Made by a program: the position numbers and the translations under genes. This document shows, piece after piece, positions 32,692-41,613 of a stretch of DNA of 57,624 bases. A model generated the notes under the pieces. The model saw only the letters and a program-made list of their open reading frames with translations. It was not told the DNA's origin and did not search any database. The stretch spans positions 1 through 57,624 of the IMG/VR virus record IMGVR_UViG_3300045588_000058; one strand, given 5' to 3'. The stretch is from a virus. Its lineage: Duplodnaviria; Caudoviricetes. Each line of letters opens with the position of its first letter. Within the stretch, counting starts at the first letter, position 1.

Positions 32692-33171
32692 TTATTTTTT
32701 CCATTCGATGTATAAATGTTGATACTTATCGTTGGTCTTTAAGTAATGCGATAATAGTCTTGATGTAAGTCTGGAAGGTTTAAAATACCAAAGATCAGAG
32801 TTTTTAAAACGTGCTGTAGATTTAAACCACATCCAACCAAAAAAATATCCTTCTGTGTGATAGTTAAAGTTATATATAACCTTTCCTTTTTCTTTAGTTT
32901 TTTGCCAATCAATAGGAAGATTAACAAACTCTTTGCCATCAATCCCTTTCATTTTTCTTCTTTTCTTTTTATTAATAGAAAATTCTCCAAATCCAAAAGG
33001 TAGTTTTGCTTTAAGGCCTGTTTCTAATATATACTCTTTAAACATTTCATTGTAAGTGTATATTATATTTCTCCAAGCATCGTAATTAATTATTATAGAT
33101 GGGTGTTTTTTACAAAAATTATTATAATTTTCTTTACTAGAAGATCTCCAATCTATTTTTGTCCTACTCAT
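32692..33171 (-). CDS. IHF/HU-like DNA-binding protein (crAss tail-region type)
   Basis: 159 aa, basic; KLPFGFGEFSINKKK, IDWQKTKE...YNFNYHTEGY. Confidence 0.75.
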   Translation of the reverse strand: MSRTKIDWRSSSKENYNNFCKKHPSIIINYDAWRNIIYTYNEMFKEYILETGLKAKLPFGFGEFSINKKKRRKMKGIDGKEFVNLPIDWQKTKEKGKVIYNFNYHTEGYFFGWMWFKSTARFKNSDLWYFKPSRLTSRLLSHYLKTNDKYQHLYIEWKK

Positions 33172-33177
33172 ATTTTA

Positions 33178-33900
33178 TTATTTTGGAGAATTAGGGGCTT
33201 GACCATCTAATCCTTCTTGAGCTAAATCAGTTTTAATATTAAAATAAGTAGATAAAAGTTTTTGAGAAGTAAGTTGTAACACTTGTTGTTCTAAATATCC
33301 TGGAAGAGGAAACTCTTTATCTAAAGGATTTTTACAGATTTCTTCTGTAGTGTATTCTGGTGTACCACATCCACATTCTGGATACATAATATCATTGGTT
33401 ACATCTTCTTCAAAAAATGCTACAAATCTAATTGCTTTAAGCATTGGATTGTTTACATATAGATATCCATTAGATATCCAGAAGTATTCTTCATTTTTAA
33501 TTACAGGAAGTTTAAGTAAGTTTAAATATCTATTAATAGAAATTTCTTTTAACTTCTTTCCTTTACCACTCATAGCATTAATAGAATAAACTCCTTGTAT
33601 TACATACTGATAATTACCTTCTGATATACGTGGGAGTTTAAATTTAGTTCTTGCTATTGTACATTCATCTACATAATCACAACATTCAGAAATTGATACT
33701 TCACACATCTCAAGACATGGTATAGTAGTAAACAATGTATCAGTAGCCCAAAGCTTTCTAAGATTTGTTTCACGTTTAATAAGCAATAAAGAATTATTTC
33801 TTATTTCGCTAGCTATTGCTCTATCTGTTATCAAAGAGTCAGTCGAAAGTATCTTGTGGACACTTCTAACATCTGATACTAATTTCCTTAATGTTGCCAT
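33178..33900 (-). CDS. Tail tubular/ring protein (P22 gp4-like)
   Basis: 240 aa; TLRKLVSDVR...ITDR, YFWISNGYLY, DKEFPLP; synteny with IHF-like and muzzle genes. Confidence 0.75.
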   Translation of the reverse strand: MATLRKLVSDVRSVHKILSTDSLITDRAIASEIRNNSLLLIKRETNLRKLWATDTLFTTIPCLEMCEVSISECCDYVDECTIARTKFKLPRISEGNYQYVIQGVYSINAMSGKGKKLKEISINRYLNLLKLPVIKNEEYFWISNGYLYVNNPMLKAIRFVAFFEEDVTNDIMYPECGCGTPEYTTEEICKNPLDKEFPLPGYLEQQVLQLTSQKLLSTYFNIKTDLAQEGLDGQAPNSPK

Positions 33901-33905
33901 GTTAT

Positions 33906-35129
33906 TTATATTCTTGATTCAAATTCTGCAATTTTTCCTGTTTCTTTATCATAAACAAGTGCTAATGCAGCTCTAATTGAATGCACAAAGTTATTATCTT
34001 CATGCCATCTATCTGTAAATGAAAGACTTGGCATTTGTTGTATTCTTACTCCTTTAATTTCTTTAGCCATATAATGATGCTTATCTCCTGTATGGATTTC
34101 TCTATATTTAGCTTCTCCAAAATAAGAACTATATTCAGGATGAGTTGCAAATAATAAAGGTAAATCATCTATTTTACAATTACCATGATGATAACCAATG
34201 AAAGTATTTCCTAATACTACTGCTTTTACTACACTATGTTCTCTTATAAAGTTTACATCATAATCTTTTTTAAAGAAAACTTCTAATGCGTGAGCTAAAT
34301 AAAAAGATTTAGTTCTATCATGATTACCTTGTACTAAAACTACTGTAACACTTTTACAATGATCTCTTAATGTATTAATAGTATCTACTAATAAAGAAAA
34401 TCCTAATTCATATTCAGAATGATATTCAAGAATTGTATCTTGAGGAGTTCCGTTTGTAGTTTGGTTTTGATAATTGTCGGTGTGAAAAAAATCGTTACTT
34501 ATAGGAAAAACTATATGTTCAATACTATAATTTTTTATTATTTTAGTAATTAAATCTTCCACTATTTTTAAGTAGTTTGAAGCTCTTTTAAATGGACAAT
34601 TGTCTCCATCTACAACTTTTTTAGCTAAGTGAAAATCAGATAAAGATAATTCAACATCCACTAAACTTTCTTCATCTAATACTGGTTTATTAATAACTTT
34701 TATGTTATTAGGAATATAATTTTCTAAAAACTTAGCAAAGTCTTCAGGGGAGTAATCTTGTGGTTGTTTTCTTTTACTAAATATTGAAGAAGTAAAATCT
34801 CCATTTGGTTGTAGTTTAGACCAGTAGTTTGTTATAACGTATTTATCTAAATTTATTTTATGTAATGCAGCTAGTTCAATATCATCTTTTGGTTCAAACT
34901 TTGTAGTGATTGTACTTTCTATTGTACCTTTTTCAACATTTACTTTTCTAATTTCTCCTATAGGAATGTTAACTATAACAGGAGTTTCTACATCTTTTTC
35001 TCTTAGTTCTTTAAGAAGTTCATTCACTTCAAATTCACTAATTCCTAATCTTTCAGCATAGAATTTTTTACTTTTCTTTTGACTTAATAACTCTTCTAAC
35101 TTAAATAATAAATCTTGATTTTCAGACAT
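33906..35129 (-). CDS. Calcineurin-like metallophosphoesterase with N-terminal HTH
   Basis: SDFH, NDFFHTD, QGNHD, HHG, HTGDKHH motifs; N-terminal YAERLGISEFEV. Confidence 0.85.
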   Translation of the reverse strand: MSENQDLLFKLEELLSQKKSKKFYAERLGISEFEVNELLKELREKDVETPVIVNIPIGEIRKVNVEKGTIESTITTKFEPKDDIELAALHKINLDKYVITNYWSKLQPNGDFTSSIFSKRKQPQDYSPEDFAKFLENYIPNNIKVINKPVLDEESLVDVELSLSDFHLAKKVVDGDNCPFKRASNYLKIVEDLITKIIKNYSIEHIVFPISNDFFHTDNYQNQTTNGTPQDTILEYHSEYELGFSLLVDTINTLRDHCKSVTVVLVQGNHDRTKSFYLAHALEVFFKKDYDVNFIREHSVVKAVVLGNTFIGYHHGNCKIDDLPLLFATHPEYSSYFGEAKYREIHTGDKHHYMAKEIKGVRIQQMPSLSFTDRWHEDNNFVHSIRAALALVYDKETGKIAEFESRI

Positions 35130-35156
35130 AAGTAGTTTAATTTAATTAAATTAGGG

Positions 35157-35188
35157 TAAAGATAAAAATAGTTTTCTTACTATCCAAA
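35157..35188 (-). promoter_or_regulatory. Bacteroidota-type promoter TTTG-N20-TATCTTTA
   Basis: Near-consensus -7, exact -33, same geometry as 20278-20309. Confidence 0.65.
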
Positions 35189-35204
35189 TAAATTTAATTA
35201 AATA

Positions 35205-35235
35205 GGTTATTCTTTATAACTAAAATAGTTATAAA
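35205..35235. promoter_or_regulatory. Conserved 31-bp palindrome-containing box, copy 2
   Basis: GGTTATTCTTTATAACTAAAATAGTTATAAA; contains perfect TTTATAACTA-AAA-TAGTTATAAA inverted repeat. Confidence 0.75.
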
Positions 35236-35265
35236 ACAAAAACTCCCCTAGTAAACTAGAGGAGT
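35232..35265 (-). terminator. Rho-independent terminator
   Basis: ACTCCTCTAG-TTTA-CTAGGGGAGT stem followed by TTTTGTTTT. Confidence 0.8.
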
Positions 35266-35309
35266 AAAAACTCTCGGAAAACCAACAAACCTTGAATTTT
35301 TATATTATA

Positions 35310-35819
35310 TTATTCTATTGTTGGGCAAGTTACAGCACTACCAATAAATTCTGTTCCGCCCCATAGTCTTGCATATTGACCATCGCAATACCAAAATCCT
35401 CCTGGTGCAAAAAGAGTCTCATTAATATCTTGGTACAGACCAGTAGATATATACCAAATTGGATCATCTAGATAATAGTAGACTTCATTACCTGGATCAC
35501 CATAAAAAGCACACGCCTGTGCGGCACTATCATTTGATACTGATAAGGTTATACCTGCTTCGGGTGGAGCAGTTGTAGTGGTTGTAGTGGTGGTGGTTGG
35601 ACTAACTAATGGAATATCTATATAGTTTACACAATTTCCTGTAGACTTTACTCTAATTGTAGTAGTAAAATCTAAAACTGCGGAAGAAGAATATCCTGCA
35701 AGCAATGCAGATTTACTTACTCCTGTAGCAAATGCTGATACATAGCCATCAAAATTTGTATAAAGATCAAAAGGACCTGAATCTGTCCCTGCTGTTGTTA
35801 ATGTTATTAATACTGTCAT
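35310..35819 (-). CDS. Two-domain Thr-linker decoration protein
   Basis: 169 aa; N-domain TLTTAGTDSGPF...KSTGNC, poly-Thr linker, C-domain ACA...GFWY...C. Confidence 0.7.
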   Translation of the reverse strand: MTVLITLTTAGTDSGPFDLYTNFDGYVSAFATGVSKSALLAGYSSSAVLDFTTTIRVKSTGNCVNYIDIPLVSPTTTTTTTTTAPPEAGITLSVSNDSAAQACAFYGDPGNEVYYYLDDPIWYISTGLYQDINETLFAPGGFWYCDGQYARLWGGTEFIGSAVTCPTIE

Positions 35820-35850
35820 TGTATATAATATTTAAAAGTTATAATAATAG

Positions 35851-36174
35851 TTATTGTTCAATAGCTGTTCCAGCAAGTGTACAATCTAAAACAACAGGTG
35901 TTGTTGTAGTAGTAGTTGTTGGTGTTACAGTAGTTGTACTTGTTGTTGTGCTTGTACTACTACTTGTTGTAGTTGTAGTAGTAGGTATTACAGTTGTTGT
36001 AGTTGTAGAAGTTGATGCACTTGTTGATGTTGTTGTTGTTAAAGGTAATGTAGTGGTAGTGGTAGTAGTTGTTGGTGGAGGAATTGTTATTACTCCTGTA
36101 CCAATAAGTGTACAATCAAATATAGGAATTGGTGTTTTTGATCCCCCGTAAATGTGCCAAGATATCTGATTCAT
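35851..36174 (-). CDS. Small Thr-rich protein with a DCTLxG motif near each end
   Basis: 107 aa; TAATG overlap with upstream gene; FDCTLIGTGVITIPPP-(T/S)n-LDCTLAGTA. Confidence 0.7.
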   Translation of the reverse strand: MNQISWHIYGGSKTPIPIFDCTLIGTGVITIPPPTTTTTTTTLPLTTTTSTSASTSTTTTTVIPTTTTTTSSSTSTTTSTTTVTPTTTTTTTPVVLDCTLAGTAIEQ

Positions 36175-38090
36175 TATAATCCTACTGTTATATATTCGTT
36201 TAAAACTCCCGTATTGGTTATTGTGTGCGATAGCTTTTCAGCCATAGTGGTTGCATCGTTGTTTATCAACACTATTGAACCCCCAAGGGCATATGTCATT
36301 GTCACACCTGCTGATGTTACAAAACTGCAATTCCATCCTAATGATAAACCATTTGGTAAAGTCACCGTGCAAGATGCTGTAAGTAGTATAACAGTACCAT
36401 TATCACTTTCAGCAAGAGTTATGTTTGTGGCTATTTTTCTAACGGTAATAGCTATGTTTGCTTTTGCGTCTAATTGACTTTTAATAACAACTTGATTTGC
36501 TGTTGTTGAGGCACTTGCACTAATTGTTCCGTTTACTTGCAATCTGTCTACATCATTATCTGTTGTAGTTCCTAATAATAAGTTACCATAAATAATAGCT
36601 GTACGTAATGTACTTATATTTCCTATTACGGTAGTATTTGAACCTAAACCAACTGCTGCATTCCCTATAACTATTGAATTGGTATTAGTTATTCCAAGAG
36701 TACTTGTTCCTTGTCCAATTGCAATATTACTACCTCCAGATGTATTATTTTGTAATGCGTTTAATCCAATTGCAACATTATTATTACCTGTTGCATTTAA
36801 TAATGCATTTGAGCCGATTGCTACATTTCCACTACCAAGTATATTGTTTTGTAATGCAAAATAGCCAAATGCAGCATTGTTATTACCATTGATATTCACA
36901 GACATAGAACCACGACCAACTGCTGTATTATTAAAACCTATTGTATTTGCTTTTAAGGATTCTCTACCAATTGCTGTATTGTTATTGCCAATTGTGTTTG
37001 AATTTAATGCTTCAGCACCTACTGCAACACCTGCAGAACCTGTTGTATTTGAATATAATGCTCCTTGACCAATAGCAACAAGTGAAGATGCATTTGTTGT
37101 TGTAAATAAAGCTTGAGACCCAATAGCAACATTATTATTACCATTTATGTTATTTCTTAATGCACCATTACCCATAAGTACACTAGTAATACTACCACCT
37201 CTACCTACATTAATTCCCTGTACTACTAAATCACTACTGAAGTCTTTAATTCCTGCAATAGTTTCATTGCCTGTTTTGTGAACAACAGTAGAATCAATTG
37301 CATAAGTATTATTATCTATTAACCCATTTGCTTTTAAAAATTGAGTGGATGTACCTCCTGGTATTCTTAATGATGCAGCAATAAAATCGCAATTTGCAGT
37401 AATTTGTCCAATTTGATCATCTATTATCAATGAAGTGTTCGCTACCTCTAAGGTTAAAAAATCTGAATTTGCAGATATTACATCAACTCTTATTGAATCA
37501 TTAAAAGTTTTAATTCCTGCAATAGTTTCATTTCCTGTTTTATGAACTAAGTTTTCATCTAATGCCATTGTACCTGTAGCATCAGGTAAAGTATATTTTC
37601 TATTTACGGTTAAATTTTGTGGGTAAAAGTTAGCAGTAATAAGATTTGTCTTAAAAATTAAAATTCCTTGTCCAGTTTCAGTATAAAATTGAGTATTGTT
37701 ATTATAATCTCTAATAGTGAATGTGCTATCAGATGCAGTTATTGATGCATAACCATCATTAGCACTATCTAATATATTAATAGATCCTGAATTAAATCTT
37801 GGAGTCGAAACGAAACTTTTTATACCATCAATAGTTTCATTTCCTGTCTTGTGAACTAAGTTTGCATCATTTATATCAATTTTCACCACAAGCCCTCCAT
37901 CAGTAGTATTATCTTTATACCAATACTCTTGATTAGCAATGTTTACAGTCAATCCTATACTTCTAATTCCTACTGGTAATAAACTATTTACCTGTGCTAT
38001 ACTTGTGTATGGTATTGTGCCATTTAAATACTTTTCATCTAATGATTCTGTACTTAAAACTTTTATTGAATATGGTAATTCTAAACTCAT
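36174..38090 (-). CDS. Tail fibre/spike with YadA-head-like repeats
   Basis: 638 aa; three (L/V)VHKTGNETIxGIK repeats; about ten N(T/V)AIG..AL..N repeats. Confidence 0.8.
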   Translation of the reverse strand: MSLELPYSIKVLSTESLDEKYLNGTIPYTSIAQVNSLLPVGIRSIGLTVNIANQEYWYKDNTTDGGLVVKIDINDANLVHKTGNETIDGIKSFVSTPRFNSGSINILDSANDGYASITASDSTFTIRDYNNNTQFYTETGQGILIFKTNLITANFYPQNLTVNRKYTLPDATGTMALDENLVHKTGNETIAGIKTFNDSIRVDVISANSDFLTLEVANTSLIIDDQIGQITANCDFIAASLRIPGGTSTQFLKANGLIDNNTYAIDSTVVHKTGNETIAGIKDFSSDLVVQGINVGRGGSITSVLMGNGALRNNINGNNNVAIGSQALFTTTNASSLVAIGQGALYSNTTGSAGVAVGAEALNSNTIGNNNTAIGRESLKANTIGFNNTAVGRGSMSVNINGNNNAAFGYFALQNNILGSGNVAIGSNALLNATGNNNVAIGLNALQNNTSGGSNIAIGQGTSTLGITNTNSIVIGNAAVGLGSNTTVIGNISTLRTAIIYGNLLLGTTTDNDVDRLQVNGTISASASTTANQVVIKSQLDAKANIAITVRKIATNITLAESDNGTVILLTASCTVTLPNGLSLGWNCSFVTSAGVTMTYALGGSIVLINNDATTMAEKLSHTITNTGVLNEYITVGL

Positions 38091-39145
38091 ATTGTTGTTA
38101 TTTGATGTCTGTGATTAGAAGAATAAGGCGCACCTATATTCATTTCGTATAAATTGTAAGTTCTTGGTGTACCCCCTATATCATTTACTATTATTGTACC
38201 TAATAAAACATAATTTGCTGTAATAACAGCATTTAAAGCATCTAAATCAATTACACTTGCAATATTTATTCCTGGAGGTAAAGCTACAGAAAATTTAGTA
38301 AGTGTTGATCCTGTATTTAAAATAAAAGTTTGAGAATTTGAAATTTGAAATTCATTTGTTAAACTTCTAACAGTTGCTGTTGTAGGTGTTAAAGATGTTG
38401 CGCCAAAAAACCTTTTAAACTTTGCAATTACAGTTATATTGTTAGATTCAAATAATACATCTTCTGTATTTAACCCTCTAATTTTCCAGTTTTGAACTGC
38501 ATTTAATGTGTTTAATAAATTATTGTTTACTGTTGCAGATTCTGTCCCATCATTAGCTAAATTACTTGCTATTAATGTAGCAGTATTTACATCAAATATT
38601 GATAAACTGTTAACCTTTACATTAGTACTATTTGATGTTGTCCAATTAAAAATTACACTACCACTAACTGTAGTACCTACTTCTACTGTACTTGCATAGT
38701 TTGACGATTGAGAAGTAAAACTAGGATTTAAATAAACAATAAGCATTTCTTTAAATAAATTTTCAAATGTTTTTCCATTTAAATCAGTACCTGCAGGTAT
38801 TCCTCCTACTGTAACTGTACTAATGCTGCTTTCATCTACAAAATTCATTTCCAAACTATTAATAACTGCATCTACTGTTGGATATTTAATACCAGATCCA
38901 TCAGGATTTAAATTATTTTGTTTATTTGCTACATTTTCAGGTGTATATCCTAACGCTTCAATTATGTCAACACTAGGGATAGGCTCACACATTACTGCAT
39001 TTATTTTTTGTAGAGCTACTGATAATGTATCATTTTGATTAACCCCTATACAAGATAGATTTGATCCTGTATAACAAATAGAGCTTGCTGGTGTACAATA
39101 ATTTTGTTCACAAGTAGTAGTAATGTTATTTAAAAATGGCCACAT
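38087..39145 (-). CDS. Fibre-associated structural protein
   Basis: 352 aa; ALGYTPENVANK...KYPTVDAV fibre motif, TVGGIPAGT, Ig-like C-terminal region. Confidence 0.7.
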   Translation of the reverse strand: MWPFLNNITTTCEQNYCTPASSICYTGSNLSCIGVNQNDTLSVALQKINAVMCEPIPSVDIIEALGYTPENVANKQNNLNPDGSGIKYPTVDAVINSLEMNFVDESSISTVTVGGIPAGTDLNGKTFENLFKEMLIVYLNPSFTSQSSNYASTVEVGTTVSGSVIFNWTTSNSTNVKVNSLSIFDVNTATLIASNLANDGTESATVNNNLLNTLNAVQNWKIRGLNTEDVLFESNNITVIAKFKRFFGATSLTPTTATVRSLTNEFQISNSQTFILNTGSTLTKFSVALPPGINIASVIDLDALNAVITANYVLLGTIIVNDIGGTPRTYNLYEMNIGAPYSSNHRHQITTI

Positions 39146-39149
39146 ATAT

Positions 39150-40223
39150 TTAAGGGATATAAATTATATAATAAACAGAAATAACTGGTTGAATATTTGA
39201 GTGTGCTAATCCTCCGCCTTCAGAAGATATAGTTACTGGGTGTGTATGAGATCCTGCAGATGTAGTAGGAACAGTTCCAAAATATCCAGCAGGTTCTCCA
39301 CCAGAACCATCATTACTTCCAGATTCAATATATCCTAATACAGTATGAGTATGTTCTCCTGCAGCAATAGTAGCTCCCACGTGTGTATGAAGAGGCATTT
39401 GTGTAGCATTTAATGTAACTTGATTAGCTCCAAATGTAGTAATACCTTTTGTATTATAATCAGGATTACCATTAAGTCCTGGTTGAGTTTGGGCTGGGAA
39501 TCCTGCCCCAGACATTGCTGTAACTCCTACAGGAACTCTGCCTCTAAGATCTGGTGTTGTGTTTAATCCATTACATAAAAATATTCTAGCCCAATCTCCT
39601 AATCCTGCTCCTGTACCATCAAATTTTCCTGTTAAATCTCCATAAAAAGGAAGAATAGAATAAGGAACCATTTTAGAACTAATTAATGTAGAAGTTCCAA
39701 TACTAGCTAAATAAGCAGCAATATAACTATCAATAGTATCTACAGATACATAATTAGTTTCAAGGTCTAAAGCTAATGCTGTAACATCTAATTGTAATGC
39801 ACAAAGTTTATTAATAGTAGCTTGAACAATTGCATGTGTATCTGAAGAAGCTGTAACTCCTGTTAAACATCCAATTGTATAATCAGCATTTAATGCAGCA
39901 AGTGTACCATCAATAACATCAACTTGTTCTTGAAGATCACAAGCAGCTTGTATAAGAGCTTTTGATATATCTACAATAGTTAAGTCTCCACATGTAGGAA
40001 GATATTTCTGTACAAGAGTACATATATCAACATCACTAACATTTATTTTTATTCCTGTACCATTTAGTGCAGATAAAAGAAATGTAGACAATGCTTGTTC
40101 TACAAATGATAATGTATCACCTGTTTGAATTCCTAAACCAGGAATAGCTATTCCTGTGTATTTGACACATCTGTCAGAAACAATTTCTGTACATCCGTTA
40201 AAACAATTTTGACAATCGCTCAT
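39150..40223 (-). CDS. Tail fibre protein with phage tail-collar domain
   Basis: LCNG..TPDLRGRVPVG, TL...QMP.HTH, H.NIQP...YYII collar/tip motifs. Confidence 0.85.
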   Translation of the reverse strand: MSDCQNCFNGCTEIVSDRCVKYTGIAIPGLGIQTGDTLSFVEQALSTFLLSALNGTGIKINVSDVDICTLVQKYLPTCGDLTIVDISKALIQAACDLQEQVDVIDGTLAALNADYTIGCLTGVTASSDTHAIVQATINKLCALQLDVTALALDLETNYVSVDTIDSYIAAYLASIGTSTLISSKMVPYSILPFYGDLTGKFDGTGAGLGDWARIFLCNGLNTTPDLRGRVPVGVTAMSGAGFPAQTQPGLNGNPDYNTKGITTFGANQVTLNATQMPLHTHVGATIAAGEHTHTVLGYIESGSNDGSGGEPAGYFGTVPTTSAGSHTHPVTISSEGGGLAHSNIQPVISVYYIIYIP

Positions 40224-40242
40224 ATTTTTTATTTTTAAAAGA

Positions 40243-40866
40243 TTATACTACTGTTGTTGTAGTGGTTGTTGGACAAATTACTTCTTCACAAGTATCTTTT
40301 CCACTAAGATTTGATATATTATTTGGAGATACATCTGCATAACATGCTGTGTAAGTTTCAATTAACATTTTAAATCCTTGATAATAATACCATTTTCCAA
40401 TAGTCAATGGTTCTGAATTTGAAACACTACCTCCACCTGCTCGTGTACAACTGTCACAATAATATAAATCTATATTATAATACCATGAAGTGCAATCTTC
40501 TGGTGCTATAGTTGTTGTAGTTGTTGTTGTAGTAGGACAAGGAGTAGTAGTGGTAGTTGTTGTCACTCTCACTGTAGGTGTATACATAGGTTTAGACTCA
40601 CAACCTAAAGTTAATAATATAACTTTACTAGCTATCTTAGATATAGAATAGTGGTAAACATAATTTGGATTAATGTTTTTATACATTAATATTCTTTTAT
40701 ATGCTATTAATTGCAACATATCAGTAGCAGGTACAGATTGATTTAACATAAATGATATATTATTATACAAACTATTACCAAGTTCTGCTAACTTACAATC
40801 TATTCTTTTAAGTAATTCTGGAATGTTTACACATTCTGGACAATTAGTTAATCTAGTATATAACAT
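40243..40866 (-). CDS. Structural protein with Thr-rich linkers and Cys-rich C-terminal domain
   Basis: Start moved from 40905 to ATG at 40866 (MLYTRL), 1 nt after the stop of the small Cys-rich ORF. Confidence 0.65.
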   Translation of the reverse strand: MLYTRLTNCPECVNIPELLKRIDCKLAELGNSLYNNISFMLNQSVPATDMLQLIAYKRILMYKNINPNYVYHYSISKIASKVILLTLGCESKPMYTPTVRVTTTTTTTPCPTTTTTTTTIAPEDCTSWYYNIDLYYCDSCTRAGGGSVSNSEPLTIGKWYYYQGFKMLIETYTACYADVSPNNISNLSGKDTCEEVICPTTTTTTVV

Positions 40867-40867
40867 A

Positions 40868-40960
40868 TTATTTATTTTTAGCTGCGCAATGTGCACATAA
40901 TCCATTAGTCAATTGACAACCACATCCCACATTAGCTCCACATGCTGTACATTGTGCCAT
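40868..40960 (-). CDS. 30-aa Cys-rich peptide (not in ORF track)
   Basis: MAQCTACGANVGCGCQLTNGLCAHCAAKNK; fills the gap between neighbours with 2-nt and 1-nt spacers. Confidence 0.75.
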   Translation of the reverse strand: MAQCTACGANVGCGCQLTNGLCAHCAAKNK

Positions 40961-40962
40961 AA

Positions 40963-41526
40963 TTAATAAAAGTTTAATTGATAATTATTACCTGAACATC
41001 CACAATTTGATTTTAAAAAACTATTTAACATATTATCTGCTTGAATATACAATTTATTTGACTCATATTCTGCGCAATTGTTAGCTGCAGCAATAGCTCC
41101 TTGAATAAAAAAGTTAATTGTATTCAAATCTACACTAGATTGCGTTTTAATAGCTCTATCACATTCCATCATATTTAATTGAAGAAAAGCATTGTCAAAT
41201 TTTTCTTGAAGCTTATCAACACGTAATATTGTTTTTTCTACATAGTTTGTAGCGGCAGGAGCAATAGAATATTTTAATCTATATATTCCATCAGGTAGAG
41301 CTTGGTCATTACCAGCTTCTGTAATCCCTAAATTAGAAGATGTAAATATATTAAGATCGTTAAAATCAAAAGGTAATACTGTTACTCCAAATCCTGGAAC
41401 ATCAATCTCTATAAGAGGAGATACTACAGCTGGTGGAGTATCTGGATATATAGAAGCATCTGCAATAGCAAGTGTAAGTAAATTATATGTAGGAATTACT
41501 AATATGTCTAATTTTAAATCTGCCAT
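40963..41526 (-). CDS. Conserved virion protein, possibly tail hub/fibre attachment
   Basis: 187 aa; ADASIYP, LPDGIYRLKYSIAP motif; position before fibre genes. Confidence 0.6.
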   Translation of the reverse strand: MADLKLDILVIPTYNLLTLAIADASIYPDTPPAVVSPLIEIDVPGFGVTVLPFDFNDLNIFTSSNLGITEAGNDQALPDGIYRLKYSIAPAATNYVEKTILRVDKLQEKFDNAFLQLNMMECDRAIKTQSSVDLNTINFFIQGAIAAANNCAEYESNKLYIQADNMLNSFLKSNCGCSGNNYQLNFY

Positions 41527-41540
41527 GTGTTTATAATAAA

Positions 41541-41581
41541 TATGCCAGAGGAATATGAGTTATCCTCTTTCCCCTGGCATA
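41541..41581 (-). terminator. Long hairpin (terminator or processing site)
   Basis: TATGCCAGGGGAA...TTCCTCTGGCATA, weak U-tract TTTATT. Confidence 0.6.
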
Positions 41582-41613
41582 GGTTATTTAATAATATTTA
41601 CTATTCTGTATTC

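Noticed and set aside
27085-36120. DGR template/variable repeat pair suggested by the duplicated DCTLxGTGVIT DNA
   Set aside because: No reverse transcriptase in the window; copies are short and differ mainly at synonymous positions rather than adenine-specifically
35732-36151. Plus-strand poly-Val ORF (also 27057-27299)
   Set aside because: Antisense shadow of poly-Thr codons on the coding strand
40867-40905. Track start MDYVHIAQ for the 220-aa ORF
   Set aside because: Overlaps the better-supported Cys-rich peptide ORF; ATG at 40866 fits the operon packing
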